Positions 9,214 through 18,959 of a stretch of DNA of 64,000 nucleotides are shown one piece after another. Where the stretch lies: the NCBI GenBank assembly GCA_017403285.1, contig JAFQOI010000049.1, positions 1,288 through 65,287 of the forward strand, read 5' to 3'. This DNA is from a bacterium. Lineage in GTDB: Bacteria; Cyanobacteriota; Vampirovibrionia; Gastranaerophilales; Gastranaerophilaceae. The stretch's first letter is position 1. The number at the start of each line of letters is the position of its first letter. The position numbers and the translations under genes were made by a program. The notes below the pieces were generated by a model that was not told the origin of the DNA, did no database searches, and was given only the letters and a program-made list of their open reading frames with translations.

Positions 9214-9648
9214 ATGAATATCAGTTTTTTTAACAATAATACTTCGTTTGGAAAAATAAAAAGAAACCCTGGGACGCAGAAACCCATAATGACAGGCACA
9301 GACTATTCTGATTACAAAACAAACAATAATCCAGAAAAAAAATCAAACATTAACACAGAAAACACACAAGCAAAACAAATTATTGTAGAATCGTACATAC
9401 CGCTTGCTCTAGCAAAAGCAACCGAATTTTCAAAAAAAGAACCTGACATTGATGCAAATGAAGTAGTGCAAACCGCAATGCTTGCAACCGTTGAAGCAGT
9501 TAGTTCATATAGTCCAAAAAAAGACAAAAATCTTTCTAAAAAAATAGAAACTGAAATTGATACAGCCTTTGATGCTTTAAAAGCAATAAAAAGAAATAAT
9601 TCTACTGAAATCTCACTACAAGAAATTTTGAATATGAAATTTGAATAA
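9214..9648 (+). CDS. sigma-70 region-2-like protein with N-terminal tag, ends at an in-frame TAA
   Basis: A strong SD (AGGAGGG) precedes the ATG. IIVESYIPLALAKATEFSKKEPDIDANEVVQTAMLATVEAVSSYSPKKDKNLSKKIETEIDTAFDAL follows the sigma-70 region 2.1-2.2 pattern, but the region 2.3/2.4 aromatic residues are absent. Confidence 0.5.
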   Translation: MNISFFNNNTSFGKIKRNPGTQKPIMTGTDYSDYKTNNNPEKKSNINTENTQAKQIIVESYIPLALAKATEFSKKEPDIDANEVVQTAMLATVEAVSSYSPKKDKNLSKKIETEIDTAFDALKAIKRNNSTEISLQEILNMKFE

Positions 9649-9741
9649 GCACCTGAATACATTGTTGCAGAACACTCAAAGAGAGGACTTATTGATGATG
9701 CCCTATCAATACTAACTCCAAGAGAAGAAAGACTTCAATAA
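9649..9741 (+). pseudogene. in-frame continuation of the sigma-like gene (region-4-like remnant) behind a TAA
   Basis: The same frame after the TAA reads APEYIVAEHSKRGLIDDALSILTPREERLQ*. LSILTPREERL resembles the start of sigma region 4 (L..L..RER.V). No intact HTH follows in any frame before the convergent gene. Confidence 0.4.
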
Positions 9742-9834
9742 AGAAGATTTTACTTCGTTAAGTAAATCAAACTGGGAAGAAAAAGATTTTAGACCAGCCA
9801 TTACAAATATTGATTTTAGAGAAGATTAATAAAA

Positions 9835-10434
9835 CTAAATTACAAGTTCAATTTTAGAGTTTGTATTTTCTTCGTTTTTTTCTATCAACTCAGAAAATTT
9901 TCTTGAATATAAAACTAAAGGATCTTCATCAAAAAAACAAACATCAGTATAATAAGGTTTTGTGTCTATTGTTGAAATAACACGAATATATTCTTTTTCA
10001 TTTTTTTGAGCAAGTTTAGCAAGAAAAGCAACCATTGTTTGTCCAATATATTTTATTGGAGAAGAATTCCTTTTTGAATAAGGATTAGTGTATTTAGGGA
10101 CAGTTTCTATGATATCTAGGGTGTAGTTATTTTTAGATTTTGATACTTGTGCACAAGACAAACAATCCCCATCATTATTTTCCAAAACATAAAAATCTTT
10201 ATCATCATGACATAAAGCATTTAAAATACTTGTAGAATAAGCCATAAAACTAAAGTAGTCAGCACTATCCCAGTCTTGAAAATTATTAATTTTAAAGAAA
10301 TAGTGTTTATCAATGTCTTCTTCTAATCTGTATATAGAACAAGGTACTTCGCCTTCTTTTTTAGAACAAAGAGATGTTTTTGCAACTAATTCTTTTTTAA
10401 ATGAAATTTTGTTACTTGAAGAATTAACTAACAT
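9835..10434 (-). CDS. hypothetical protein, GNAT acetyltransferase-like C-terminal half, N-terminal tag (..NKISFKK)
   Basis: The ATG at 10434 has GGAG 8 nt upstream (MLVNSSSNKISFKKE). IKYIGQTMVAFLAKLAQKNEKEYIRV...PYYTDVCFF resembles the GNAT acetyl-CoA motif A/B region. Confidence 0.45.
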   Translation of the reverse strand: MLVNSSSNKISFKKELVAKTSLCSKKEGEVPCSIYRLEEDIDKHYFFKINNFQDWDSADYFSFMAYSTSILNALCHDDKDFYVLENNDGDCLSCAQVSKSKNNYTLDIIETVPKYTNPYSKRNSSPIKYIGQTMVAFLAKLAQKNEKEYIRVISTIDTKPYYTDVCFFDEDPLVLYSRKFSELIEKNEENTNSKIELVI

Positions 10435-10543
10435 ACTTATAACTCCAAACATAGAAAACTCGTAAATAAAAAATTTTCACAAATTAACTCTTTTCTATGT
10501 TTAGATTATAATTAACATATAATAAGCATTAGGAGAGTTCATT

Positions 10544-13030
10544 GTGATTAACGAAAGATATTTTCCTCAGGAGATTGAAAAGAAATGGCAAAATTACTGG
10601 GATGAAACAAATTCAAACAAGGTATACAACGATAAAGATAAAGAGAAATATTATATTCTGTCTATGTTGCCATACCCATCAGGAAAACTACACATGGGAC
10701 ACGTTAGGAATTATACAATTTCAGACGTTATAGCAAGATATAAAAGAATGAATGGATTTAATGTTCTTCACCCAATGGGTTGGGATAGTTTTGGTTTACC
10801 AGCAGAGAATGCAGCAATTCAGCACGGTGCAAACCCTAAGAAATGGACATTAGACAATATTGCTTATATGAAAAAACAATTAAAAGCACTAGGGCTTATG
10901 ATTGACTGGGACAGAGAAGTTACAACTTGTCTACCTGAATATTACAGATGGACACAATATTTCTTTATCAAAATGTTTGAAAAAGGACTAGCATACAAAA
11001 AAGAAGCGGCAGTTAACTGGTGTAACAACTGTGCAACGGTTCTTGCGAACGAACAAGTGATAGATGGTAAATGCTGGAGATGTGACGGAGAGGTAGAAAA
11101 GAAATATCTTTCTCAATGGTTCTTAAAAATAACAGACTATGCCCAAGAACTTCTAGATGATATTGAAAAACTAGAAGGATGGCCAGACAGCGTTAAAACA
11201 ATGCAAAAAAATTGGATTGACCGTTCAACTGGAGCCATCTTAAGATTTAAAGTTAAAGAAATTGAAGGATTAGAAGTTCCAGTATACACAACAAGACCTG
11301 ACACTGCTTATGGTATTACATATCTTGTTGTTGCTCCAGAATACAAAGATATCGAAAAATTAACTACACCAGAAAACAAAGAAGCAGTTGAAGCATATAG
11401 ACAAAATGCAAGAAAAATGACAGAAATCGAAAGACTTTCAACAGAGAGAATAAAAACTGGTGTGCCATTAGGTACTCACTTAATTAACCCATTAAATGGT
11501 GAAGAATTCCCAATTTGGACTGCCGATTATGCTCTTGCAGAATACGGAACAGGGGCAGTTATGGCCGTTCCTGCACATGATGAAAGAGACTTTGAATTTG
11601 CGAAGAAATTCAATTTGCCAATAAAAATTGTTATTCAAAATCCAGAAAACCCAGATGCAGAATTAAAAGAAGCATATACTGAAAAAGGTATTCTTGTTAA
11701 TTCATTAGACTGCAACGGAATTGACAATGAAACTGCAAAACAAACAATCATTCAAAAAGCAGAAAAAGAAGGATTTGGAGAAGCAAAAGTACAATTCAGA
11801 CTAAGAGACTGGTTAATATCAAGACAAAGATATTGGGGAACACCAATTCCGATTGTATATTGCCCAAAATGTGGCACTGTACCAGTAAAAGAAACTGATT
11901 TACCTGTTCTTTTACCAGAGGATGTTGATTTCAGCGTAAAAGGAATTTCTCCAGTTGCGACATCAGAAACATTTAAACACACAACTTGTCCAATCTGCGG
12001 CGGACCAGCAGAACGTGAAACAGACACAATGGATACGTTTATGTGCTCAAATTGGTACTTCTACAGATACACTGACGCAAGGAACGAAAATGCTCCTTTT
12101 GACAAAGACATTTTACATTATTGGGCACCAATTGACCAATATGTAGGAGGTATAGAACACGCCATTCTTCACTTGCTATATTCTAGATTTTTCACCAAAG
12201 CATTAAGGGATTTAGGAATTATCGATATAGATGAACCATTTAAAAATCTTTTAACACAAGGTATGGTTTTAAAAGATGGTTCAAAAATGTCTAAATCAAA
12301 AGGAAATACTGTTGACCCAGACGAAATAAACAGAGAATATGGTGCAGATACTGCTAGATTATTTATACTTTCAGACTCTCCACCAAACAGAGATTTTGAC
12401 TGGACTGATGCAGGTGTTGAAGGTTGTTATAAATTCTTAAACAGACTATGGAAAATATATGCTGAGTACCAACAACACATAACTCTGGACTATGAGTTAC
12501 CAGAAGTGTCAACACTTACAAAACAAAATAATGACCTTGTAAGACAAGTTCATATGATGATTAAAAAAGTGTCACAAGATATTTCTAATGAATTCCAGTT
12601 TAATACAGTAATATCAAAATATAGAGAATTTACAAATGTTGTTTATGATTACTTAAACGGCAAAAAAGAATTTTCTGATGAAGATAAACAAGTATACAGT
12701 TATGCTGTTATTACATTCATTAAAATGTTTGCACCTGTTCTTCCACATATGGCTGAGGAATTATATGAAGGTCTAGGAGGAAAAGACTCTGTTCATAATC
12801 TTGCTTGGCCAAAATATGAAGAAGCACTTGCAAAAACAAGCACAATTACATTGGTTGTTCAAATCAACGGAAAACTAAAAGATAAAATCGAAGTTGATTC
12901 AGAATCATCAAAAGAAGATTTGGAAAAAACTGCATTGTCGAGTGAAAAAATAAAAGAACTCACAGCAGAAAAACAAATTGTCAAGGTAATTGTTGTTCCA
13001 GGCAAACTCGTTAACATCGTTGTAAAATAA
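10544..13030 (+). CDS. leuS: leucine--tRNA ligase
   Basis: 828-aa ORF with a GTG start. It carries the HIGH-type motif (PSGKLHMGHVRNY), the KMSKS motif (GSKMSKSKGN) and a CP1 editing domain. Confidence 0.95.
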   Translation: MINERYFPQEIEKKWQNYWDETNSNKVYNDKDKEKYYILSMLPYPSGKLHMGHVRNYTISDVIARYKRMNGFNVLHPMGWDSFGLPAENAAIQHGANPKKWTLDNIAYMKKQLKALGLMIDWDREVTTCLPEYYRWTQYFFIKMFEKGLAYKKEAAVNWCNNCATVLANEQVIDGKCWRCDGEVEKKYLSQWFLKITDYAQELLDDIEKLEGWPDSVKTMQKNWIDRSTGAILRFKVKEIEGLEVPVYTTRPDTAYGITYLVVAPEYKDIEKLTTPENKEAVEAYRQNARKMTEIERLSTERIKTGVPLGTHLINPLNGEEFPIWTADYALAEYGTGAVMAVPAHDERDFEFAKKFNLPIKIVIQNPENPDAELKEAYTEKGILVNSLDCNGIDNETAKQTIIQKAEKEGFGEAKVQFRLRDWLISRQRYWGTPIPIVYCPKCGTVPVKETDLPVLLPEDVDFSVKGISPVATSETFKHTTCPICGGPAERETDTMDTFMCSNWYFYRYTDARNENAPFDKDILHYWAPIDQYVGGIEHAILHLLYSRFFTKALRDLGIIDIDEPFKNLLTQGMVLKDGSKMSKSKGNTVDPDEINREYGADTARLFILSDSPPNRDFDWTDAGVEGCYKFLNRLWKIYAEYQQHITLDYELPEVSTLTKQNNDLVRQVHMMIKKVSQDISNEFQFNTVISKYREFTNVVYDYLNGKKEFSDEDKQVYSYAVITFIKMFAPVLPHMAEELYEGLGGKDSVHNLAWPKYEEALAKTSTITLVVQINGKLKDKIEVDSESSKEDLEKTALSSEKIKELTAEKQIVKVIVVPGKLVNIVVK

Positions 13031-13059
13031 AAAAAGAGCCGTTTAATAACGGCTCTTTT
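13031..13059. terminator. bidirectional intrinsic terminator between convergent leuS and the radical SAM gene
   Basis: Hairpin aagagccgtt-taat-aacggctctt flanked by an A-run and a T-run. Confidence 0.7.
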
Positions 13060-14404
13060 AATATTCGAAAGATTTTACAACAGCATCATTTCTGTTGTAA
13101 TAATCCCAAAATGATGCTGGAACATTTTTTAATTTGTATTTTTCAGGATTTTCGAAAAGAATGGATGCTGGAACAATTTCAAGGCTGTACATATACGCGT
13201 CTTTTACAAATTTGTATTTATTTTTTAGAAAAAGTGCATATTCTTGTGATTTAAGATTTTCATTATCATCTAATTCTGGAATATCATAAAAATAAATTTC
13301 TGAACTTATTTCTAAATTATCCATTTTTGATAAAACAGATTCTAATTCATCATTTGAATAATAAAAAGACTTGTACTTTCTTCTGATAATTTCATTGTAT
13401 GAAACAGGGCTCATATAGAGTATAGAGTTTTTTGAAACGGCTTTTTTATAAGCACTTAAAAATTTATCATCAGGAAGTCCATCCAAATTATATAAAACAG
13501 ACAAATTACCTTTAAATTCGTCATATAACGCATCAAACAATTCAATTAAGTAATTTCTATCTTTAGGATTAGGGTCAAAACTAAATCTAAAATTTTCTAT
13601 ATTATACTTGTTTTTCATTTCTTTTAGTTCACTAACAACAGATTCTATTTTTCTATAAGAAATGAAATCACGTCCAGAAATCTTACGTTCAGCATAGTGT
13701 CCGCCACCGCACCAAATACAATTTCCAAAACAACCACGCCCCAAACAGACCCCTTGCGTTGTTGACGCACTTACAAGTTGATTATCAAGATTATATTTTA
13801 GGACATAAGGTATTTTGGTATATTCATCATAATGCACCATATTTTGGGGATTAAAGAACTCAAACTTATTTAAATCATCAGATGTCGCAACAAATAAATT
13901 TTTGTTTAAAATTATTTCAAGATTTTTTCTATAAAAAAGGTTAGGAATATTATCAAATGATGTGTTTTTGAATAATGCTTTTGCAATTTCAACAATAGAA
14001 TATTCACCTTCTCCTCTTATAATCGCATCAACAAAAGAAAATTCATTCATGATTTCTTGTGCGTAAAAAGACGCAGTATAACCACCAAGAGTTATAAATA
14101 CATCTGGACATTTTTCTTTAACATATTTCGCAGTTTTAATAACATCAAAAAAGTTGTGATTCCAATGGAGTGAAAACGCCAATAGTTTTATATCATTTTC
14201 TTTAACATACGAACTTAACAAAAAGTTTTTGTTTAAATACTTTTCTATCCCTAAATTAATTATTTTAGAGGAAAAACCATTTTTATTTAATTCTCCAGCG
14301 AGAGAAAATAATCCCATTGCACAATAATTAACATCTGAGGTTATCACTCCATCATTGTTATGGAGTCTTGGAGTATGAACAAGTAAACATTTAAAATTTT
14401 TCAT
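13058..14404 (-). CDS. B12-binding-domain radical SAM enzyme (class B type)
   Basis: The N-terminal ~150 aa have the cobalamin-binding-like Rossmann pattern of class B enzymes (LLVHTP...LGLFSLAGEL...LLAFSL...ITLGGYTASF...IIRGEGE). This is followed by the CxxxCxxC motif CFGNCIWC. The start lies 3 nt after the stop of the upstream binding protein. Confidence 0.8.
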   Translation of the reverse strand: MKNFKCLLVHTPRLHNNDGVITSDVNYCAMGLFSLAGELNKNGFSSKIINLGIEKYLNKNFLLSSYVKENDIKLLAFSLHWNHNFFDVIKTAKYVKEKCPDVFITLGGYTASFYAQEIMNEFSFVDAIIRGEGEYSIVEIAKALFKNTSFDNIPNLFYRKNLEIILNKNLFVATSDDLNKFEFFNPQNMVHYDEYTKIPYVLKYNLDNQLVSASTTQGVCLGRGCFGNCIWCGGGHYAERKISGRDFISYRKIESVVSELKEMKNKYNIENFRFSFDPNPKDRNYLIELFDALYDEFKGNLSVLYNLDGLPDDKFLSAYKKAVSKNSILYMSPVSYNEIIRRKYKSFYYSNDELESVLSKMDNLEISSEIYFYDIPELDDNENLKSQEYALFLKNKYKFVKDAYMYSLEIVPASILFENPEKYKLKNVPASFWDYYNRNDAVVKSFEY

Positions 14405-14406
14405 AT

Positions 14407-15210
14407 TTAATCATTTCCAAGTTGTGCAAAAAACTCTATACTTTTATATATTCTAATCGAAGGTCTATCAGTAAAATCTGTTTGTTCTTGTGTCATTTTA
14501 ATTATTTTAGCATTTGGAAAAAGGTCTTGTATCATTGATTCATCTTTGCAATGTATATCAATTAAAACAATATCGGGTTTTTGAGATATTGCATACTCAA
14601 TAGATATCAAAGGATATGAAGTATCGATATTCTTTGTAACTGAATGATTGCCTGATTTTTCAATAATATCAGTTATAAAACTTTTTTTACCAATAGTGAT
14701 AAATGGATGCATAGAAATCACATAAAGAATTTTCTTTTCAGGATTTTTATTCATTTTTTTTGCATTCAAAATTTTATTTTTTAAATCAAGAACAAGATCT
14801 TTTGCTTGTTCATCTTTATTTGTAAGCTTTCCTAATACAAAAATATTTTGATAAACAGACTCTATATCCGAATTTTTAAAATACACAGGTTTTATTCCAA
14901 ATTGTTCATATTTATCAATCATAAAAAATGATAATTCTCCAAAAAGAAAATAGTCAGGTTTAATATCAAAAAGTAGTTGTTCGTTTATAAAATAATAATC
15001 GCCTATTATTGGTTTTTCTTTTGCTTGAACAGGATGATTGCATTGAGAAGAGACTGCTTTTAGCATATCTTGTGCACCAAGTGCATACATTGTTTCTGTC
15101 AAAGATGGTTCTAAACTAACAAATGATAAATCTTTCGCTAGAACAGAAGAAAAAAGTAGAAAAAATGTAACAATAATACTAATCAATAATTTGTACATAA
15201 AAATTGTCAT
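14407..15210 (-). CDS. ABC transporter periplasmic binding protein (BtuF/FecB-type)
   Basis: It has a signal-like N-terminus, and FVSLEPSLTETMYALGAQDMLKAVS is typical of cluster A-II binding proteins. An alternative start at 15198 is possible. Confidence 0.8.
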   Translation of the reverse strand: MTIFMYKLLISIIVTFFLLFSSVLAKDLSFVSLEPSLTETMYALGAQDMLKAVSSQCNHPVQAKEKPIIGDYYFINEQLLFDIKPDYFLFGELSFFMIDKYEQFGIKPVYFKNSDIESVYQNIFVLGKLTNKDEQAKDLVLDLKNKILNAKKMNKNPEKKILYVISMHPFITIGKKSFITDIIEKSGNHSVTKNIDTSYPLISIEYAISQKPDIVLIDIHCKDESMIQDLFPNAKIIKMTQEQTDFTDRPSIRIYKSIEFFAQLGND

Positions 15211-15841
15211 TTTCCTCTAGTATTTCAAACTCAATATCAAAAACTTGTTTTAAGGTTTCTTTATTGAAAAACTCTTTTACATTTTTCTGTATAAGTTTAT
15301 GAGCAGTTGTAACACCAATAAATTCATCAGCATATTTTATAGCCAAATTTACATCATGCATGATAATAACACTTGAGACCCCTTGTGATGTAAGATTTTT
15401 TAACATTTTTAGAATTTTTACTTGATTTATCAAATCCATATTTGATGCCGGTTCATCAAGTAGAAATAAATCCGCACCAGATAAAAGTCCCAATCCAATA
15501 TTTGCTTTTTGAATTTCCCCACCAGAAAGATTTTCAATTTTTATATCTTTTTTATCAAGCAATTCAATTTTCTCTAGAACTTCTATTATTTTTAACTTTT
15601 CATCAGTCGTTAAAAACCATTTCCATGTATTTTTAAAAAATACAGATGATAGATATTCAAAAGTCGTTATTCCTATTGGGTAATATGGATTTTGTGGCAA
15701 ATAAAATATATTTTTAAAAGTATTTTCAATATGAAATTTTATTTTTAAATTATCAGTAATTAAATTTAAAAGAGTAGACTTTCCAGCCCCATTAGGACCT
15801 AAAAGCACTATAAGCTTATTTGTAGGAATAGATAGGGACAC
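15179..15841 (-). CDS. ABC transporter ATP-binding protein (BtuD/FepC-type); true start probably upstream (up to 15898)
   Basis: Motifs present are Walker A GPNGAGKST, signature LSGGEIQK, Walker B LFLLDEP and H-loop IMHD. The conserved N-terminal strand continues upstream of the GTG at 15841 (see finding). Confidence 0.85.
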   Translation of the reverse strand: MSLSIPTNKLIVLLGPNGAGKSTLLNLITDNLKIKFHIENTFKNIFYLPQNPYYPIGITTFEYLSSVFFKNTWKWFLTTDEKLKIIEVLEKIELLDKKDIKIENLSGGEIQKANIGLGLLSGADLFLLDEPASNMDLINQVKILKMLKNLTSQGVSSVIIMHDVNLAIKYADEFIGVTTAHKLIQKNVKEFFNKETLKQVFDIEFEILEENDNFYVQIID

Positions 15842-15890
15842 ATCCTCAAAAATAATTTTATCCTTAAAACTAAAATTTAAATTTGAAATA

Positions 15891-16826
15891 TTAATTATTT
15901 AAAATCCCTCCCTTCTTAAACAAGAAGAACACAAAGAATGGTGCACCTACAATTGCAATTACCACTCCAAGCGGAATTTGAACAGGGTACAGTATATTTG
16001 AAGCAAGAAAACTAGAGAACAACACCAACGTTGAACCTAAAAGTAAATTTGCAAAAAATAAAACTCTTGCATCAAGCCCAAAAATCAATTTTGACAACAA
16101 TGGACAAATAATACCAATAAAACCCAAAATACCAGCACTATAAACACTTATTGATGTTAAAAAAGCCGCTATCAATATAAATAAAACGTTGTATTTATTT
16201 GCATTTTCTTGTGATTTAAAAATCAACCTAGTATCAAGTCGCAATGCATTTAACTTTGGAAAAACCAATACACACATAAAAATAGCAATTATAAATAAAG
16301 AAATTAAAATCTTATCAAAATAATCTGCACTGGAAAATCCACCAGTTAATATAAGAGTCATAGGATATGATTTTTCAGGATTTTTCAATATTAAAAAAGA
16401 TATTATAGAACCTGCAAAAAGATTTAAAGATAATCCAATTAAAATCAACTTAGTAATTGAAAATTTAGAAAATCCACTTAGTGCAATAACTATAAAGGAT
16501 GCAACCAAAGCACCAAAAAAACCAAACAAAGAATAATTTTGGCTATTAAAAAACAAGATTGAAATAACAATTCCAAGACCAGCCCCTGATGACAATCCTG
16601 TAAGATAAGGATCAGCTAAAGGATTTTTAGAAATAGTTTGCAAAAACATGCCCGCAAGAGCGAGACAAGATCCAGAAATTATTGCCTTTAAGACAACAGG
16701 TATTCTAATGTATGAAAGTATTATCTGGCTATTTTCGACATCAAGTTTGTAAAAAAGACACAAAAAAAGGCTTAGGATAAACCCTGTTAGAAGAATTATA
16801 AATGCTAAGCCTTTTTTGTTTGTCAT
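15891..16826 (-). CDS. ABC transporter permease (FecCD/BtuC family)
   Basis: 311-aa polytopic ORF containing DPYLTGLSSGAGLG, typical of the FecCD family. Confidence 0.85.
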   Translation of the reverse strand: MTNKKGLAFIILLTGFILSLFLCLFYKLDVENSQIILSYIRIPVVLKAIISGSCLALAGMFLQTISKNPLADPYLTGLSSGAGLGIVISILFFNSQNYSLFGFFGALVASFIVIALSGFSKFSITKLILIGLSLNLFAGSIISFLILKNPEKSYPMTLILTGGFSSADYFDKILISLFIIAIFMCVLVFPKLNALRLDTRLIFKSQENANKYNVLFILIAAFLTSISVYSAGILGFIGIICPLLSKLIFGLDARVLFFANLLLGSTLVLFSSFLASNILYPVQIPLGVVIAIVGAPFFVFFLFKKGGILNN

Positions 16827-16829
16827 AAA

Positions 16830-18956
16830 TTAAAGATTTTCTTTCTGTAATTTTTGTAATTGTTTTTGTTCTCTTAGTTGTGCTCTAACAAGTTTTTTCT
16901 CTTCAATTTTCTTTTGTTTTTCATTGTCGTATTCAATAAATATACCGAACCTAGAATGAATTCTAGGACTATAATAAAAAACATTACCTTGTCTATAAAC
17001 ACAGTTATCTTGATCAAACAAATTAAGTATATCAGCCCTTAAATAAACATGCACACCCTTAACAGAAAACAATCTAATTTTTGTTCCAATTTTTGCATCA
17101 AGAATGCCATTTACTCTATCATCAGGATTTGCGCCACCAGATGCTCTTCTTGAAGATGTAGCAGTTAAACCTGCATATAAGTCCCATCTGTCTTCTAAAG
17201 GAGTATAGTAAAGCATTGCACTATAAGCATTATTTGGTGCTTGTGGAAGGTCAAAACCAGTTGACTTATCCTCTGAATCTGTATATGTATAACTCAATAC
17301 AAATTTTATAATTTCATTAGGAGCATAAGTAAATTTACCTTCATAACCAGAGATACTTGCTTTATCAACATTTTGATATTGATAATTCCAAGTTCCAGGC
17401 ACAGCAGCATTAACAATGTAATCTTTATAATCACTATTAAAATAGCCAAAATCAAACTTAACTTTTTCATCAAAGAAGCTTTGCTCAATACCAACATCCC
17501 AACCAGTAAGTTTTTCAGAATTTAAATCCGGATTAGGAATATATCCCCAAGATGGTATATTAACAAAACGTTGATATAAAGAAGGATTATTTACACTCTG
17601 TCCCCAAGAACCTCTAAATTTTGTTTTTGCACCATCTATTTTAAAAGTAGGAAGAACAAGTGCTACAGAACCATTCGGAGTTACATAATCACCATATTGA
17701 TTATTATGAATGTATCTTATTCCACCTCTGATAAATAATTTATCTTTTATATTAATTACATCATTAATGTAAACATCATTTTGAACAGTAGAATCTTTTA
17801 AATTGTAAGAATTAAAGCCATAGCCCATATCTCCAGCAGATAGAAAATGTGCATATTCACGTTCTAAATTATAACCAACAGAAAGTTTATTCCAATCAGC
17901 AATTTTAAAATTGTGTTGGGTCATAAAATTAATTCTATTCCCTCTATATTTGGCATAATCCCAAGAAATAGGATCAATATTATCTGGAACCATATCATAG
18001 TTATAATTATTACTTTGATAAATACCAAATCTAACATTATAATCATAAACTTCGTTCACAGCATGCTTAAATGAAATATTTTCCATAATATCTAAATTGC
18101 GAACATAATTATTAGGATCATTATATGGAGAAATTCCCCTCCAAGAATCACCATAACCATATCCGAGACCTTTTCTTGCATTAGACAATCTAAATATATT
18201 TCTTAGTTCTGCATTTCCATCAAATAATTTATAACCAATATTAGATACTACATGAAAATTTCTATAACCATCATTATAAAGTCTACCAAGATCAGATGTT
18301 CTCATCCCACCTGAGGTTTTATAATATGTTGTTGATAAATAATAATCTAAATTTTTATATTCACCCATAACAGCGGCACGTTCTTTAAATATACCAAACT
18401 GTCCTATATCAGAACCAAGTTCAAGTTTAAAAGGTCCACGTCCTCTTCTTGTTTGCATATTAATAGCGCCACCAAGAGCATTTGTTCCAAGAATATTACC
18501 TTGTGCACCTTTTACAACTTCAATTGCTTCTAAATCATCAGTATTAATAAATTGAGTTTCTGCGGTATATCCAATACCAGTTGTTCTATCAGCACGTATG
18601 CCATCAATAGTCATACGGACTCTATCCGTGCCACGTATTCTAACTTTGGTTACATTACCATCAGAGCCATTACTATTATTTACAATAGCACCTGTTGCCT
18701 GTTGAATAATATCAGACAATGAGGGATTGTTTTGTTTTGCAATATCTTCTCTAGTAAACTTGTCAATACTGATACTACTATTTGACAATGAATCAATATA
18801 ATTATCTAACGTATTGATTTCATTCTTTTTTGTCTGTCCCAAAATCGTATAATTCCCAAACTCAACAACTGCAACAGAATCATCTTCTTCAATCGCATGT
18901 GCAACATTAAATATTGATAGCAGCACAAATGCAGCAAACAAACTTCTCTTTTTCAT
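16830..18956 (-). CDS. TonB-dependent outer-membrane receptor (BtuB-like) with a charged C-terminal tail
   Basis: The start is moved to MKKRSLFAAFVLLSIFNVAHA (signal peptide). A plug domain (VRIRGTDRVRMTIDGIRAD) is followed by a long beta-barrel. The terminal strand RFGIFIEY is followed by 32 extra charged residues. Confidence 0.85.
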   Translation of the reverse strand: MKKRSLFAAFVLLSIFNVAHAIEEDDSVAVVEFGNYTILGQTKKNEINTLDNYIDSLSNSSISIDKFTREDIAKQNNPSLSDIIQQATGAIVNNSNGSDGNVTKVRIRGTDRVRMTIDGIRADRTTGIGYTAETQFINTDDLEAIEVVKGAQGNILGTNALGGAINMQTRRGRGPFKLELGSDIGQFGIFKERAAVMGEYKNLDYYLSTTYYKTSGGMRTSDLGRLYNDGYRNFHVVSNIGYKLFDGNAELRNIFRLSNARKGLGYGYGDSWRGISPYNDPNNYVRNLDIMENISFKHAVNEVYDYNVRFGIYQSNNYNYDMVPDNIDPISWDYAKYRGNRINFMTQHNFKIADWNKLSVGYNLEREYAHFLSAGDMGYGFNSYNLKDSTVQNDVYINDVINIKDKLFIRGGIRYIHNNQYGDYVTPNGSVALVLPTFKIDGAKTKFRGSWGQSVNNPSLYQRFVNIPSWGYIPNPDLNSEKLTGWDVGIEQSFFDEKVKFDFGYFNSDYKDYIVNAAVPGTWNYQYQNVDKASISGYEGKFTYAPNEIIKFVLSYTYTDSEDKSTGFDLPQAPNNAYSAMLYYTPLEDRWDLYAGLTATSSRRASGGANPDDRVNGILDAKIGTKIRLFSVKGVHVYLRADILNLFDQDNCVYRQGNVFYYSPRIHSRFGIFIEYDNEKQKKIEEKKLVRAQLREQKQLQKLQKENL

Positions 18957-18959
18957 AAC

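Noticed and set aside
10453-10543. Possible T-box or other leader upstream of leuS (likewise 54456..54530 for metG and 62605..62696 for pheS)
   Set aside because: The leaders are under 100 nt and AT-rich. They have no specifier-loop/T-box sequence (AANNNGGUGGNACCGCG-like) and no terminator/antiterminator pair.
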